The position numbers and the translations under genes were made by a program. The notes under the pieces are model-generated. The model was not told the origin of the DNA and ran no database searches. It saw only the letters and a program-made list of their open reading frames with translations. Below are positions 54,503 to 64,000 of a stretch of 64,000 bases of DNA, one piece after another. Where the stretch lies: contig CAVTHO010000003.1 of NCBI GenBank assembly GCA_963734545.1, positions 352,001 to 416,000 on the forward strand. The letters are read 5' to 3'. Positions within the stretch are counted from its first letter, which is position 1. Every line of letters begins with the position of its first letter. Source of the stretch: an uncultured Spirochaetota bacterium (GTDB taxonomy: Bacteria > Spirochaetota > Spirochaetia > SZUA-6 > Fen-1364).

Positions 54503-55228
54503 ATGGTCAAGGCCACACGGAAGCCATTGGAAGAGATATTCGGCATGGTGAAGGGATTCGAGCGCGTGCTGGTTGTCGGCTGCGGCGGATGCACGTCGGT
54601 GTGCCTCGCCGGCGGACAGCGGGAGGTCCTTGCCCTTGCGGATGAGCTTGCCGAATGCGCGCGTCACGAACGGGTGCCCCAGCAGTACGCGTGCTTCGTG
54701 ACGGAGCGCCAGTGCAACCGCGAGTTTCTGGATGACATCGAGGAGCGGGTGGAAAACTGCGACTGCCTGCTGTCCCTGGCCTGCGGCGCGGGCGCCGGCC
54801 TGATGGCGGACGTGTATGCGGCCGTTCCGGTTTTCCCCGCCCTCAATACGATGTTCCTCGGCGCGGACCTGGATGTGGGCCTGTACGAAGAGAGGTGCCG
54901 CACCTGCGGCCAATGCGTGCTGGGTGACACCGGGGGAATCTGCCCGGTGACGCGCTGCTCCAAAGGCTCGCTGAACGGCCCCTGCGGCGGGACGCAGCAG
55001 GACGGCTCCTGCGAGCTGGGGGACGGCATCCACTGCGCGTGGAACGACATCTATGATCGACTGAAAGGACAGGGAAGGCTGGAAAGCATGCAGGTCATCC
55101 GGCCGCCCATGGACTGGATGGAGAAGGGCCCCCGAACCCTTGTCCAGCGGGGCTTCGAAGCCAGGTACGCCAAAAAGCCCGCCGGAATGCCGCCAGGAGC
55201 GGCCGCGGAAAAGGCGCGGCTGCCGTGA
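54503..55228 (+). CDS. metV: Methylene-THF reductase small subunit MetV
   Basis: GCGGCTSVCLAGG, ERQC, ACGAG, CRTCGQC, CPVTRCSKGSLNGPCGG, CAW. Confidence 0.85.
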   Translation: MVKATRKPLEEIFGMVKGFERVLVVGCGGCTSVCLAGGQREVLALADELAECARHERVPQQYACFVTERQCNREFLDDIEERVENCDCLLSLACGAGAGLMADVYAAVPVFPALNTMFLGADLDVGLYEERCRTCGQCVLGDTGGICPVTRCSKGSLNGPCGGTQQDGSCELGDGIHCAWNDIYDRLKGQGRLESMQVIRPPMDWMEKGPRTLVQRGFEARYAKKPAGMPPGAAAEKARLP

Positions 55229-56151
55229 GGTCGGGCAGCAATCTGGAAAAGGTCCTTGCCGCGGGTCACTTCGCCGTCACGGCGGAGCTGGGCCCTCCCG
55301 CGGGAGCCGACACCGAGCCGGTGCGGCTGAAAGCGGAGCTCCTGCGCGGCGCCGTGGATGCCGTGAACGTGACGGACAACCAGACGGCGGTCGTCCGCAT
55401 GTCCAGCATTGCCGTCTCATCGCTTCTCGTGCAGATGGGCGTCGAGCCGGTGATGCAGATGGTCTGCCGCGACAGGAATCGCATCGCCATGCAGAGCGAC
55501 ATATTCGGGGCCTCCGCGCTCGGCATCCGCAACCTCACCTGCCTGTCGGGAGACCACCAGAGCTTCGGGAACCAGGCCGGCGCGAAAAAGGTCTATGATA
55601 TCGACTCGGTGCAGCTCGTCGCCATGGTGAAGCGTCTTCGGGACGAGAAGAAGGTCCTGGACAGCGACGAGGAGATCGCCGGCAGCGTGCCGATGTTCAT
55701 CGGCGTGGCGGCCAACCCGTTCGCCCAGCCGTACGAGTTTCGCGCGCTCCGGCTGGCCAAGAAGGTGGCGGCGGGCGCGGACTACGTGCAGACCCAGTGC
55801 GTGTTCGACGTGCCCCGTTTCGCGGAGTGGATGAAGGCCGTGCGCGACCTGGGGCTGCACACCCGGTGCGGAATCCTTGCCGGGGTGACGCCGCTGAAGT
55901 CCGCGGGCATGACCCGCTACATGGCGGAAAGCGTGCCGGGTATCAGCATTCCGGAGCAGATCGTGAAACGGATGAGCGACGCGCCCCGCGGCAAGGCCGC
56001 GGAAACAGGGCTGCAGATCTGCCGGGAAATCATCGAGGAATTGCGCTCGATCGAGGGAGTCGCCGGCATCCATATCATGGCGGTCGAATGGGAGCAGAAG
56101 GTCCGCGAGATCGTGGCAGGGGCCGGTCTTCTCCCGCGGCCACTGGTATAG
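55225..56151 (+). CDS. metF: Methylene-THF reductase MetF
   Basis: VTAELGPP, NVTDNQ, CRDRNRIAMQS, LSGDH, KKVAAGADYVQTQ; GTGA coupling. Confidence 0.9.
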   Translation: MRSGSNLEKVLAAGHFAVTAELGPPAGADTEPVRLKAELLRGAVDAVNVTDNQTAVVRMSSIAVSSLLVQMGVEPVMQMVCRDRNRIAMQSDIFGASALGIRNLTCLSGDHQSFGNQAGAKKVYDIDSVQLVAMVKRLRDEKKVLDSDEEIAGSVPMFIGVAANPFAQPYEFRALRLAKKVAAGADYVQTQCVFDVPRFAEWMKAVRDLGLHTRCGILAGVTPLKSAGMTRYMAESVPGISIPEQIVKRMSDAPRGKAAETGLQICREIIEELRSIEGVAGIHIMAVEWEQKVREIVAGAGLLPRPLV

Positions 56152-56180
56152 CCCGCGCGGCCTGGGTAGAATCCCCCCTG

Positions 56181-57563
56181 ATGCAGCCCGTTCCTTCCAC
56201 AGCGCCACGCGGTCTCTCGGGCAGGATCGGAAGAATGTGGGAGCTTTCCGCCCGAAAGATACGCTCGATCGAACGCTCCTATGACCCGTCCCGGGGAGCG
56301 CCGGTATTCACCGCCGGAGGCTCCTGGACCTCGCGCGGCTGGACGGAGTGGACGCAGGGATTCCAGTACGGCTCCGCGCTCCTGCAGTTCGACGCCACGG
56401 GAGAGACGGAATTCCTCGAGATCGGCAGGCGCAACACCCGGGAAAGAATGGGCGTGCATCTCACCCACGTCGGCGTGCACGACCACGGCTTCAACAATGT
56501 GAGCACTTACGGCGGTCTCCTGCGCCTGATGAACGAGGGTCGGATCCCTGAAAACTCATGGGAAAGGGCCTTCTATGAGCTGGCCCTCAAGGTGAGCGGC
56601 GCCGTGCAGGCATCGAGGTGGACACGGACCGCTGACGGCGGCGGGTTCATCTATTCCTTCAACGGTCCCCATTCCCTTTTCGTGGACACTATCCGGTCCC
56701 TGCGCTCACTCGCCCTTTCACACTCGCTGGGCCAGATCTTGATGGAAGAAAACGACCGGAAGGTCTCCCTGCTCTCGAGGCTCGTCCGGCATGCCGCGGC
56801 CACCGCCCGTTTTTCGGTCTTCTACGGCGAAGGCCGTGACGCATATGACGTGCCGGGCAGGGTCACCCACGAGGCGATCTTCAATATCAAGGACGGCACG
56901 TATCGCTGTCCGAGCTCCCAGCAGGGCTATTCGCCATTCAGCACGTGGACTCGGGGGCTTGCCTGGGCAATCCTCGGCTTCGCGGAAGAGCGGGAGTACA
57001 TCGCCGGTGTTCCCGAGCAGGAGCTGGCGGACCTCGGCGGGAAAGGGGAGATCCTTTCCTGGATGCGCCGCGCCCTCGATGTCACCATTGAGTTCTACCT
57101 GGCGAACACGGCCGCGGACGGGATCCCGTATTGGGACACCGGCGCTCCCGGTCTGGAGGGGCTCGGAGCGTGGCGGGAGCGGGATGCGGATCCCTTCAAT
57201 GAAAAGGAACCGGTGGACAGCTCTGCCGCGGCCATTGCCTGCCAGGGTCTCATGCGGTACGGAACCTGCCTCCGGGCGGAGGGGGAGCCGCGAGGGGAGC
57301 GCTTCCTGAACGCGGGCCTCGCCGTGCTCTCCCGGCTCCTCGAAGAGCCTTACCTGAGCACGGCGGACGCGCACCAGGGGCTCCTGCTGCACTCCGTGTA
57401 CCATCGCCCCAACGGCTGGGACAGCATCCCTGCCGGGCGGGCGGTTCCCTGCGGGGAGTCCAGCATGTGGGGTGACTACCACCTGCGGGAGGCTGCCCTC
57501 TTCGCGCAAAGGCTGATGGACGGCGGCGCGCCGCTTGTTTTCTGGAGGAGGAATCCACAATGA
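56181..57563 (+). CDS. GH88-like unsaturated glucuronyl hydrolase
   Basis: WTEWTQGF, HDHGF, QQGYSPFSTWTRGLAW, PYWD, DSSAAAI, WGDYH. Confidence 0.8.
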   Translation: MQPVPSTAPRGLSGRIGRMWELSARKIRSIERSYDPSRGAPVFTAGGSWTSRGWTEWTQGFQYGSALLQFDATGETEFLEIGRRNTRERMGVHLTHVGVHDHGFNNVSTYGGLLRLMNEGRIPENSWERAFYELALKVSGAVQASRWTRTADGGGFIYSFNGPHSLFVDTIRSLRSLALSHSLGQILMEENDRKVSLLSRLVRHAAATARFSVFYGEGRDAYDVPGRVTHEAIFNIKDGTYRCPSSQQGYSPFSTWTRGLAWAILGFAEEREYIAGVPEQELADLGGKGEILSWMRRALDVTIEFYLANTAADGIPYWDTGAPGLEGLGAWRERDADPFNEKEPVDSSAAAIACQGLMRYGTCLRAEGEPRGERFLNAGLAVLSRLLEEPYLSTADAHQGLLLHSVYHRPNGWDSIPAGRAVPCGESSMWGDYHLREAALFAQRLMDGGAPLVFWRRNPQ

Positions 57564-58006
57564 CCGTGGCGGATCTCTCGAAGATCGCGGGCCGCGCGTA
57601 TCCTGCCGGGCGCAGGACGCAGAACCTCGTGGGAGGCGCCTCCCCGATCCAGGCGAAAAACTTCTGCATGGGTCACGTCACGCTCGACCCGGAGGGAGGG
57701 CAGGTGCCCTGGCACAACCACGAACAGGAAGAGGTGTACTTCATTGTCCGCGGAACCGGGGAGGCGTGCATGGGAGACGAGCGCATCGTGCTCTCGGCCG
57801 GCCAGGCCCTGTACGTGCCGCCGAACGTCTTCCACCAGCTCACCAATACCGGAAAGGACGCGCTTCTCATGGTGTATGTCTATGCTCCTGCAGGGGACGT
57901 GGCGCACTGGCGCCAGGAGCTGGACGGCACCCTGCCGAAGGCAGGGATCGACGCGCCGCCATTGCCGGCAGGGGCACGGCCGCAGCGGGGGGAGGCTCCC
58001 CGGTGA
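57560..58006 (+). CDS. Cupin-domain protein
   Basis: PWHNHEQEEVYFIVRG, VPPNVFHQLTN. Confidence 0.85.
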   Translation: MTVADLSKIAGRAYPAGRRTQNLVGGASPIQAKNFCMGHVTLDPEGGQVPWHNHEQEEVYFIVRGTGEACMGDERIVLSAGQALYVPPNVFHQLTNTGKDALLMVYVYAPAGDVAHWRQELDGTLPKAGIDAPPLPAGARPQRGEAPR

Positions 58007-59160
58007 ACACTCGCACTGTCGGCATCATCATGAACGGCGTCACCGGCCGGATGGGCACGAACCAGCACCTGTTGCGCTCCATCGTTCCCCTCATCCAGCA
58101 GGGCGGGGTGAAGGCGGACAAGGACACCCTGATCGTGCCCGAGCCGCTCCTGGTGGGCCGCAATGCGGACAAGCTCGCGCAGGTGGCGCGGAGCGCCGGG
58201 CTTTCCCGCTGGACCACGGATCTCGATGCCGCGCTCTCCGACCCGAAGATGAGCGTGTACTTCGACGCCCAGACAACGCTGAACCGCGCGGCAAGCGTGA
58301 CCCGGGCCATTGCGGCGGGCAAGCACATCTATTGCGAGAAGCCCACGGCCACGAGCACCCGGGAGGCATACGCGCTCTATGAGCGGGCGCACCGGAAGGG
58401 AGTGAAGCACGGCGTGGTGCAGGACAAGCTGTGGCTCCCCGGGCTGATGAAGCTGGCCGACCTCAAGGCCAGGGGGTTCTTCGGCCGGATCCTCTCTGTG
58501 CGCGGCGAGTTCGGCTACTGGGTCTATGAAGGAGACCTCATCCCCGGGCAGCGGCCTTCCTGGAACTACAAGAAGGAGGAAGGCGGCGGGATCGTCGTCG
58601 ACATGCTCTGCCATTGGCGCTACGTGCTGGACAACCTGTTCGGCGCGGTGAAGGCCGTCTCCTGTCTGGCCGCCACGCACATCCCCGAGCGATGGGACGA
58701 GACCGGGGCGCCCTATCGATGCACTGCCGAGGACTCCGCCTACAGCACCTTCGAGTTGGAAGGGGGGACCGTGGCCCACTTCAACTCGTCCTGGGACGTG
58801 CGGGTGCGTCGGGACGACCTTCTCACCCTGCAGGTGGACGGGACGCTTGGCTCGGCCGTTGCCGGGCTTCGCGACTGCTGGATCCAGCCGTATGGCGCAA
58901 CGCCCCGGCCCGTGTGGAACCCCGACATCCCCAACCCGATCGACTTCCTTGCTTCCTGGCAGAAGGTGCCTGAGCAGAGGCAATACGACAATGCGTTCAA
59001 GGCGCAGTGGGAGCTGTTCCTCCGGCACGTTGTGCTCGACGAGCCGTTCCGCTGGGACCTGCGGGAAGGGGCCAAGGGCGTCCAGCTCGCGGAAAAAGGG
59101 CTGGAGTCCTCCGAGAAGCGGTGCTGGGTCGATGTGCCTCCCCTGGCTGAGGCCGGCTGA
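58003..59160 (+). CDS. Gfo/Idh/MocA oxidoreductase
   Basis: GIIMNGVTGRMG, HIYCEKP, GGGIVVDMLCHW. Confidence 0.88.
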   Translation: MNTRTVGIIMNGVTGRMGTNQHLLRSIVPLIQQGGVKADKDTLIVPEPLLVGRNADKLAQVARSAGLSRWTTDLDAALSDPKMSVYFDAQTTLNRAASVTRAIAAGKHIYCEKPTATSTREAYALYERAHRKGVKHGVVQDKLWLPGLMKLADLKARGFFGRILSVRGEFGYWVYEGDLIPGQRPSWNYKKEEGGGIVVDMLCHWRYVLDNLFGAVKAVSCLAATHIPERWDETGAPYRCTAEDSAYSTFELEGGTVAHFNSSWDVRVRRDDLLTLQVDGTLGSAVAGLRDCWIQPYGATPRPVWNPDIPNPIDFLASWQKVPEQRQYDNAFKAQWELFLRHVVLDEPFRWDLREGAKGVQLAEKGLESSEKRCWVDVPPLAEAG

Positions 59161-59933
59161 TGGCCGCGCGCGTGGCGCTGGTGACAGGAGGAACGCGCGG
59201 CATCGGCCTGGGCTGCGCGGAGGCGCTCGGCAGGGAGGGATGGGACCTCGTGCTGTGCGGGCTCCGTTCCGAGGCGGAGGTGCGGCCCGTTCTGGAGAAG
59301 CTTCGGGGTGAGGGGAGCCAGGTCCTCTACATCCAGGCGGACATCGGCGACGACGAGACGCCGCAGCGCCTGGTATCCGGCGTGCACGAGCGCTTCGGCA
59401 GGCTCGACGTCCTGGTGAACAACGCGGGTGTGGCGCCTCGGGAGAGGAAAGACATTCTCGAAGCCCTGCCGGAGAGCTTTGACAGGCTCATGCGGATAAA
59501 CCTCCGCGGCCCCTACTTCCTCACGCAGGCTGCCGCACGGTACATGGTGAAGGCCCGCGAGCAGGGAAGGGGGACGGGCGGCTGCATCGTATTCATCACA
59601 TCCATGTCCGCCGCCGTGGCGTCCACGAACCGCGGGGAGTATTGCATCTCGAAGGCCGGGCTGAGCATGGCGAGCCTTCTGTGGGCAACGCGTCTTGCGG
59701 AGGAAGGCATCACGGTCTACGAGGTGCGCCCCGGCATCATACGCACCGACATGACTTCCGGTGTCGCTGCGAAATACGATACCCTGATCAGCCAGGGCCT
59801 GACGCTCCAGAGAAGATGGGGCACTCCGCAGGATGTCGGCCGCTGCGTTGCCATGCTCGCCCGGGGAGACCTGCCGTACTCGACGGGACAGGTGATCGGA
59901 GTGGATGGGGGACTCACCGTTCAGAGGCTTTGA
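59160..59933 (+). CDS. Short-chain dehydrogenase/reductase
   Basis: TGGTRGIG, NNAG, YCISK. Confidence 0.9.
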   Translation: MAARVALVTGGTRGIGLGCAEALGREGWDLVLCGLRSEAEVRPVLEKLRGEGSQVLYIQADIGDDETPQRLVSGVHERFGRLDVLVNNAGVAPRERKDILEALPESFDRLMRINLRGPYFLTQAAARYMVKAREQGRGTGGCIVFITSMSAAVASTNRGEYCISKAGLSMASLLWATRLAEEGITVYEVRPGIIRTDMTSGVAAKYDTLISQGLTLQRRWGTPQDVGRCVAMLARGDLPYSTGQVIGVDGGLTVQRL

Positions 59934-59986
59934 CGCGCGCGGCTTCGCGGCGGCTCGGCCTCGCTGCCCCCGGCAGCCTCGCGCCT

Positions 59987-61555
59987 TCAGCGGCCCCGCA
60001 GCAGGTCCGCCGCGCGCTCCGCGATCATGATGGTCGTTGCGTTCGTGTTGCAGCGGACGATTTCCGGCATGAGGGAGGCGTCCACCACCGAGAGCCCTTC
60101 TGTTCCGATCACCGCGCAATCCGGGTCCACTACCGCGTTCGGGTCGCTCGCCGCGCCCATCCTGCACGTCCCGACCGGGTGAAAGTACTGCGCGCACTGG
60201 GCAAGAATCGCGGCGTCGAGATCGTCGTCCCGCGGGAAGGCGCTGACGGCCCGCCCCTTGCCGCCCCGCGGGGCAAAGTTTGCCTCTCCCTCTATCGCTT
60301 CCTTCAGCGCGCCTTCCTGCACGAGCTCGAACAGGTGCCGCAGTCCCTGGCGGACCCGCACCAGGTCCCTTTTGTCCGACAGCATTCCCACATTCACGAA
60401 GGGGCTGCGCTTCGGATCCGCGGATTCGAGCGCCACGCTCCCCGAGGAGTAGACGGAGCCGAGGCCCATCACGAGGCCGCCGGTTTCCCGGGCCGCCTCC
60501 GTCGTGCCGATGAAGCTCTGCGTGTGCACGTTCAGGTCGTTCTTCAGGCTGTGGGGAGTGTCCGAGGTCCAGAGAAGGAGGATCGAGGAGAAGAAGTCGC
60601 GCGGGGCCGGAGCGGGCGCGCGGTGACTCTCCTTCAGCGTGAATGTCACGGTGAGGAGCGGATGGTCGAAGAGACGGCCGAGGCCGGGACGATCGCTCAC
60701 GAGGGTTGCGCCGAGGCGGTGCACCTGCTCCGCCTGCCCGATGCCTGACCTCAGGAGGATGGCAGGCGTGAAGACCGCGCCGGCGCAGAGGATGACCCTG
60801 CGGGCCTTGTATGTCTCCTGCCGTCCCGCGACCAGCGCGCGTACTCCCGTGGCCTTCCTGCCCTCGAACAGGACCGCGTCCACCAGGGAATCTCCCTGAA
60901 TCGCGAGGTTCTCCCTTTGCCGGGCAGGCTCCAGGTAGGCGTCGTTCGTGGAGACCCTCTTGCCGTCACGCACGTTGTAGGGCACGGTCGTGATGCCCGA
61001 AGCCCCGGGCGCGTTGAAGTCCAGGTCAGCGGACTCCCGGTGTCCCCGCTGCATTGCCGCTTCATGGAACGCGAGATCGAGCGGCTTCCACGCTCCGCGC
61101 GATGGGCGCCAGACCGGTATGGGGCCGCTGGTGCCGTGGCAGTCGCGGTCCGCGGGCGCAAGGTCGCTTTCAGCCCGCACGAAATACTTCAGGGCTTCCT
61201 TTCCCGACCATCCCCGGCAGCCGAGGGCTTCCCACCGATCGAAATCGTCCAGCGGCGGCCGCACGTAAAACAGCGCGTTCACGGTGGAGCCCCCGCCCAG
61301 GCCCTTTCCCACCCAGTACTGCTCAGGCTGCTTTGCCTCGGTCAGCCGGCCCTTGAGGTCCTGCCAGAAAAACTCCGGACGCTGGAATGCATGAAAGAAA
61401 TTGAGACTGCGGATCTCTTCCGGCGCGTCGGCGCTTCTCCAGTTCTTTCCCGCCTCGAGGAGCAGGACCGACGACCTCCCGTCTTCGCTCAACCGGTTGG
61501 CAACAACGCTGCCGGCAGACCCCCCGCCGACAACGACAAAGTCCCAGGTGCGCAT
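59987..61555 (-). CDS. GMC-family FAD oxidoreductase
   Basis: DFVVVGGGSAG, GKGLGGGSTVN, LLRSGIG, HPVGTCRMG, VVDASLMP, NTNATTIMIAE. Confidence 0.9.
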   Translation of the reverse strand: MRTWDFVVVGGGSAGSVVANRLSEDGRSSVLLLEAGKNWRSADAPEEIRSLNFFHAFQRPEFFWQDLKGRLTEAKQPEQYWVGKGLGGGSTVNALFYVRPPLDDFDRWEALGCRGWSGKEALKYFVRAESDLAPADRDCHGTSGPIPVWRPSRGAWKPLDLAFHEAAMQRGHRESADLDFNAPGASGITTVPYNVRDGKRVSTNDAYLEPARQRENLAIQGDSLVDAVLFEGRKATGVRALVAGRQETYKARRVILCAGAVFTPAILLRSGIGQAEQVHRLGATLVSDRPGLGRLFDHPLLTVTFTLKESHRAPAPAPRDFFSSILLLWTSDTPHSLKNDLNVHTQSFIGTTEAARETGGLVMGLGSVYSSGSVALESADPKRSPFVNVGMLSDKRDLVRVRQGLRHLFELVQEGALKEAIEGEANFAPRGGKGRAVSAFPRDDDLDAAILAQCAQYFHPVGTCRMGAASDPNAVVDPDCAVIGTEGLSVVDASLMPEIVRCNTNATTIMIAERAADLLRGR

Positions 61556-63015
61556 CAGAACTTCATGCAGATGGTGGACTGCTCGCTGTAGAAGTCGAGG
61601 CTGAACAGCCCGCCCTGCCTGCCGATGCCGCTCTCCTTCATGCCGCCGTAGGGGGTCCGCGGGTCTCGCAGGAACCACGTGTTGACCCAGGTGAGCCCGG
61701 CCTCGATCTGCTCCGCCACCCGGAACGCCCTCTTCGCGTCGCTGGTCCAGAGCGAGGCGCTCAGGCCGTAGCGCGTGTCATTGGCCTTGCGGATCACTTC
61801 CTCTTCCGTGTCGAACGGCTCCACGGTGACGACGGGACCGAACACTTCCTCGCACATGATCCGCGAGGCAGGCTTCGCGCCCGTGATGATCGTGGGCTCC
61901 ACGAAGTAGCCGCGGGCGATCCCTTTCGGGCGTCCTCCGCCGGCCAGGATGGCCGCCCCGTCCTTCCGGGCGAGCTCGATATAGCTCATGACCCGGTCGT
62001 AGTGCTCCCTGCTGATGAGCGCCCCCACGTTCGTCTTCGGCTGCAGCGGATCTCCCACGACCTGTTCCCTGGTTTTTGCGAGGAACTTTTCCATGAACTG
62101 ATCGTAGATCGGGCGCTGCACGTACGCGCGGGAGCCGCTGAGGCAGATCTCCCCCTGGTTGAGGAAGCTTGCCCGCACCGTGGCCTCCACCACCTCGTCC
62201 ACGGCGCAGTCCGCGAAAACGATGTTCGGGTTCTTGCCGCCGAGCTCGAAGGAGACTTTTTTCAGGTTGCCCGAAGCGGCCTGCATGATGCTCGTGCCGG
62301 TCGTGGTCTCTCCGGTGAAGGAGATCGCGCCGATTCCGGGGTGGCGTGCGATTGCCTCTCCCGCCGAGTCCCGGCCGAACCCGTGCACGACATTGACCAC
62401 GCCGTCAGGAACACCGGCCTGGGCGCAGATCTCGGCCAGGACCGTGGCGGTCATGGGGGTCCACTCCGCGGGCTTGAGGACGGCCGCGTTTCCCATTGCG
62501 AGGCAGGGCGCCAGCTTCGCGCTGAGCAGGAGCAGGGGGAGGTTCCACGGGTTGATGAGCCCGACCACCCCGATCGGCCTCCGCAGGACGTAGTTCAGTG
62601 CGCCGGCCTCCATCGGGTAGGCCTCTGTACCCATCGTGGAAATGAGGTTCGCGAAGAACTGGTAGCTGCCGGCCGCCCGTGGGATGTCGACGTTCGTGGC
62701 GAGCCACAATGGCTTGCCCGTGTCCAGGGCTTCGAGCATTGCGAGCTCGTCCCTGCGCTGAAGGATCAGGTCGCTGATCTTCCGCAGTATGGCCGCGCGC
62801 TCACTGAGCTTTGTGGTCTTCCATCCTCCGGCAAAGGCCTTGTGCGCCGCCTCGACCGCCATCTCGACCTCCGCGGCACCCCCTTCGGCCACGGTTCCGA
62901 GCACTTCCTCGGTGGCCGGGTTTATATTCTCGAAGCTCTTGTTGTTGCGCGATGCAATCCGGTTCCCGCCGATGAAGTGGAGACAATCCATCCCTTTGAC
63001 TGATTTCGGTTCCAT
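61555..63015 (-). CDS. Aldehyde dehydrogenase (2-hydroxymuconate semialdehyde dehydrogenase-like)
   Basis: PWNLPLLL, FTGETTTG, ELGGKN, NQGEIC, EEVFGP, WVNTWFLRD. Confidence 0.88.
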   Translation of the reverse strand: MEPKSVKGMDCLHFIGGNRIASRNNKSFENINPATEEVLGTVAEGGAAEVEMAVEAAHKAFAGGWKTTKLSERAAILRKISDLILQRRDELAMLEALDTGKPLWLATNVDIPRAAGSYQFFANLISTMGTEAYPMEAGALNYVLRRPIGVVGLINPWNLPLLLLSAKLAPCLAMGNAAVLKPAEWTPMTATVLAEICAQAGVPDGVVNVVHGFGRDSAGEAIARHPGIGAISFTGETTTGTSIMQAASGNLKKVSFELGGKNPNIVFADCAVDEVVEATVRASFLNQGEICLSGSRAYVQRPIYDQFMEKFLAKTREQVVGDPLQPKTNVGALISREHYDRVMSYIELARKDGAAILAGGGRPKGIARGYFVEPTIITGAKPASRIMCEEVFGPVVTVEPFDTEEEVIRKANDTRYGLSASLWTSDAKRAFRVAEQIEAGLTWVNTWFLRDPRTPYGGMKESGIGRQGGLFSLDFYSEQSTICMKF

Positions 63016-63091
63016 GGAGGAAAGATCGACATCGACGGAATGGTCGTCAATCGATTCCGAACGGGACGGAGACGAGGGGGCCTCGAATGGA

Positions 63092-64000
63092 TCAGGTCCC
63101 CTGCGGGGGGCGCTCATCCGGCTCCTGGCCCGGCCGCTTTCCCAGCAATGAGAACGAGGGCTGGAGGCTGCGCCAGCTCCTTTCGAACTCCTCGTCGATC
63201 AGCGCCGCTTCCCGGCCCGAATGGGCTCCCCGACGGCAGACGTCCCGCAGCCTCTGGTACTCCCGCGCGAATCCGTCGAAAAGACCCTGCAGCGCCGCGT
63301 CGTCGATCGTCACCTGGACGGGAGAAGTCGTCGAAGCCGCTCCCGGGTGCTGGCTCTTTTTCAGGGGATCCTTTTCCGGTGGCAGCCCGAGGGCGATTTC
63401 AGTGGGCTCCCATGCCCGCAGAGGGTCGCGCAGGCCCTTGATGCCGACCATGCCGAGATCGTTGGCATGGATCCAGTCGGCCACCCGCGCGAACAGCTCC
63501 TGGGAGATGCAGATCGACCCTCCCCGTGCCGTGGTCTGGAGACGGGCCGCGATGTTCACCGTGTTGCCCAGCGCGTCCCCTCCCTTCTCGACCACCTCTC
63601 CCCAATGGATCCCGATCCGCACGATCACTCTCATCTTCTCCGGCCGGAAGCGGTTGAACCTCCGCAGCGCCTTCTGCACGCGGATCGCGGAGAGGACGGC
63701 GGACATGGGCTCGGAGAACAGGAAAATATGGCCGTCCCCCATCCTCTTGACCAGCGCTCCCTCGTGGGCGCCGACGATCGGCAGGAGAATGCCTTCGTAC
63801 TCCTGCAAGAGGGAGGTGATCTCCAGGGGGGAGAGCTCCTCTGCCTTGCTCGAATAGTCCTGGATATCGGAGAAAAGCACGGCGCACACCCGCACGTGCT
63901 CCCGCTCGAACTTGTACGTGTCCTTCTCCGTGGAGAAGCGCACTTCCGGTTCGTCCACCGGCTCGACGTCCGCCGCTTCGATGTCTCCGGCCGGCGTGCG
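63092..64000 (-). CDS. Class III adenylate/guanylate cyclase domain protein, 5' end outside the window
   Basis: AVLFSDIQDYS, VKRMGDG, VRIGIHWGEV, GNTVNIAARLQ. Confidence 0.85.
   Translation of the reverse strand, partial: RTPAGDIEAADVEPVDEPEVRFSTEKDTYKFEREHVRVCAVLFSDIQDYSSKAEELSPLEITSLLQEYEGILLPIVGAHEGALVKRMGDGHIFLFSEPMSAVLSAIRVQKALRRFNRFRPEKMRVIVRIGIHWGEVVEKGGDALGNTVNIAARLQTTARGGSICISQELFARVADWIHANDLGMVGIKGLRDPLRAWEPTEIALGLPPEKDPLKKSQHPGAASTTSPVQVTIDDAALQGLFDGFAREYQRLRDVCRRGAHSGREAALIDEEFERSWRSLQPSFSLLGKRPGQEPDERPPQGT

Overview
GC-rich bacterial chromosome segment, probably from a spirochaete (inferred from CheX, an orphan FliG paralogue and a long-form thymidine kinase). Bases 1-19.5 kb hold a dedicated export locus: a HlyD-type adaptor, a PqqD-like/M50 protease/HlyD fusion, a C-terminally truncated SecA-like ATPase, a small exported protein, and a ~4,630-aa RTX-repeat giant protein with an N-terminal LEPLESRLLLS (LEPR-XLL-type) leader, split here by three +1 frameshifts. 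The rest is housekeeping and metabolic: asnS, fliG, a cheY-cheX-membrane CheA-like operon, cytochrome P460, tRNA-Phe, glpK, tdk, a P-type ATPase, EndoQ-UvrD, an M16 protease, GH20, MFS transporters, a membrane cytochrome b/ferredoxin/metV/metF operon, a GH88 sugar-acid cluster and ALDH/GMC. Several families of small palindromic elements run through the window (G-closed TANN-loop hairpins and TCC(C)-loop hairpins). They show compensatory base changes, and some copies sit inside coding sequences (asnS, uvrD-like, a hypothetical gene). Many single-base frameshifts in unrelated genes suggest long-read consensus errors. All calls come from motif reading by eye; no searches were run.
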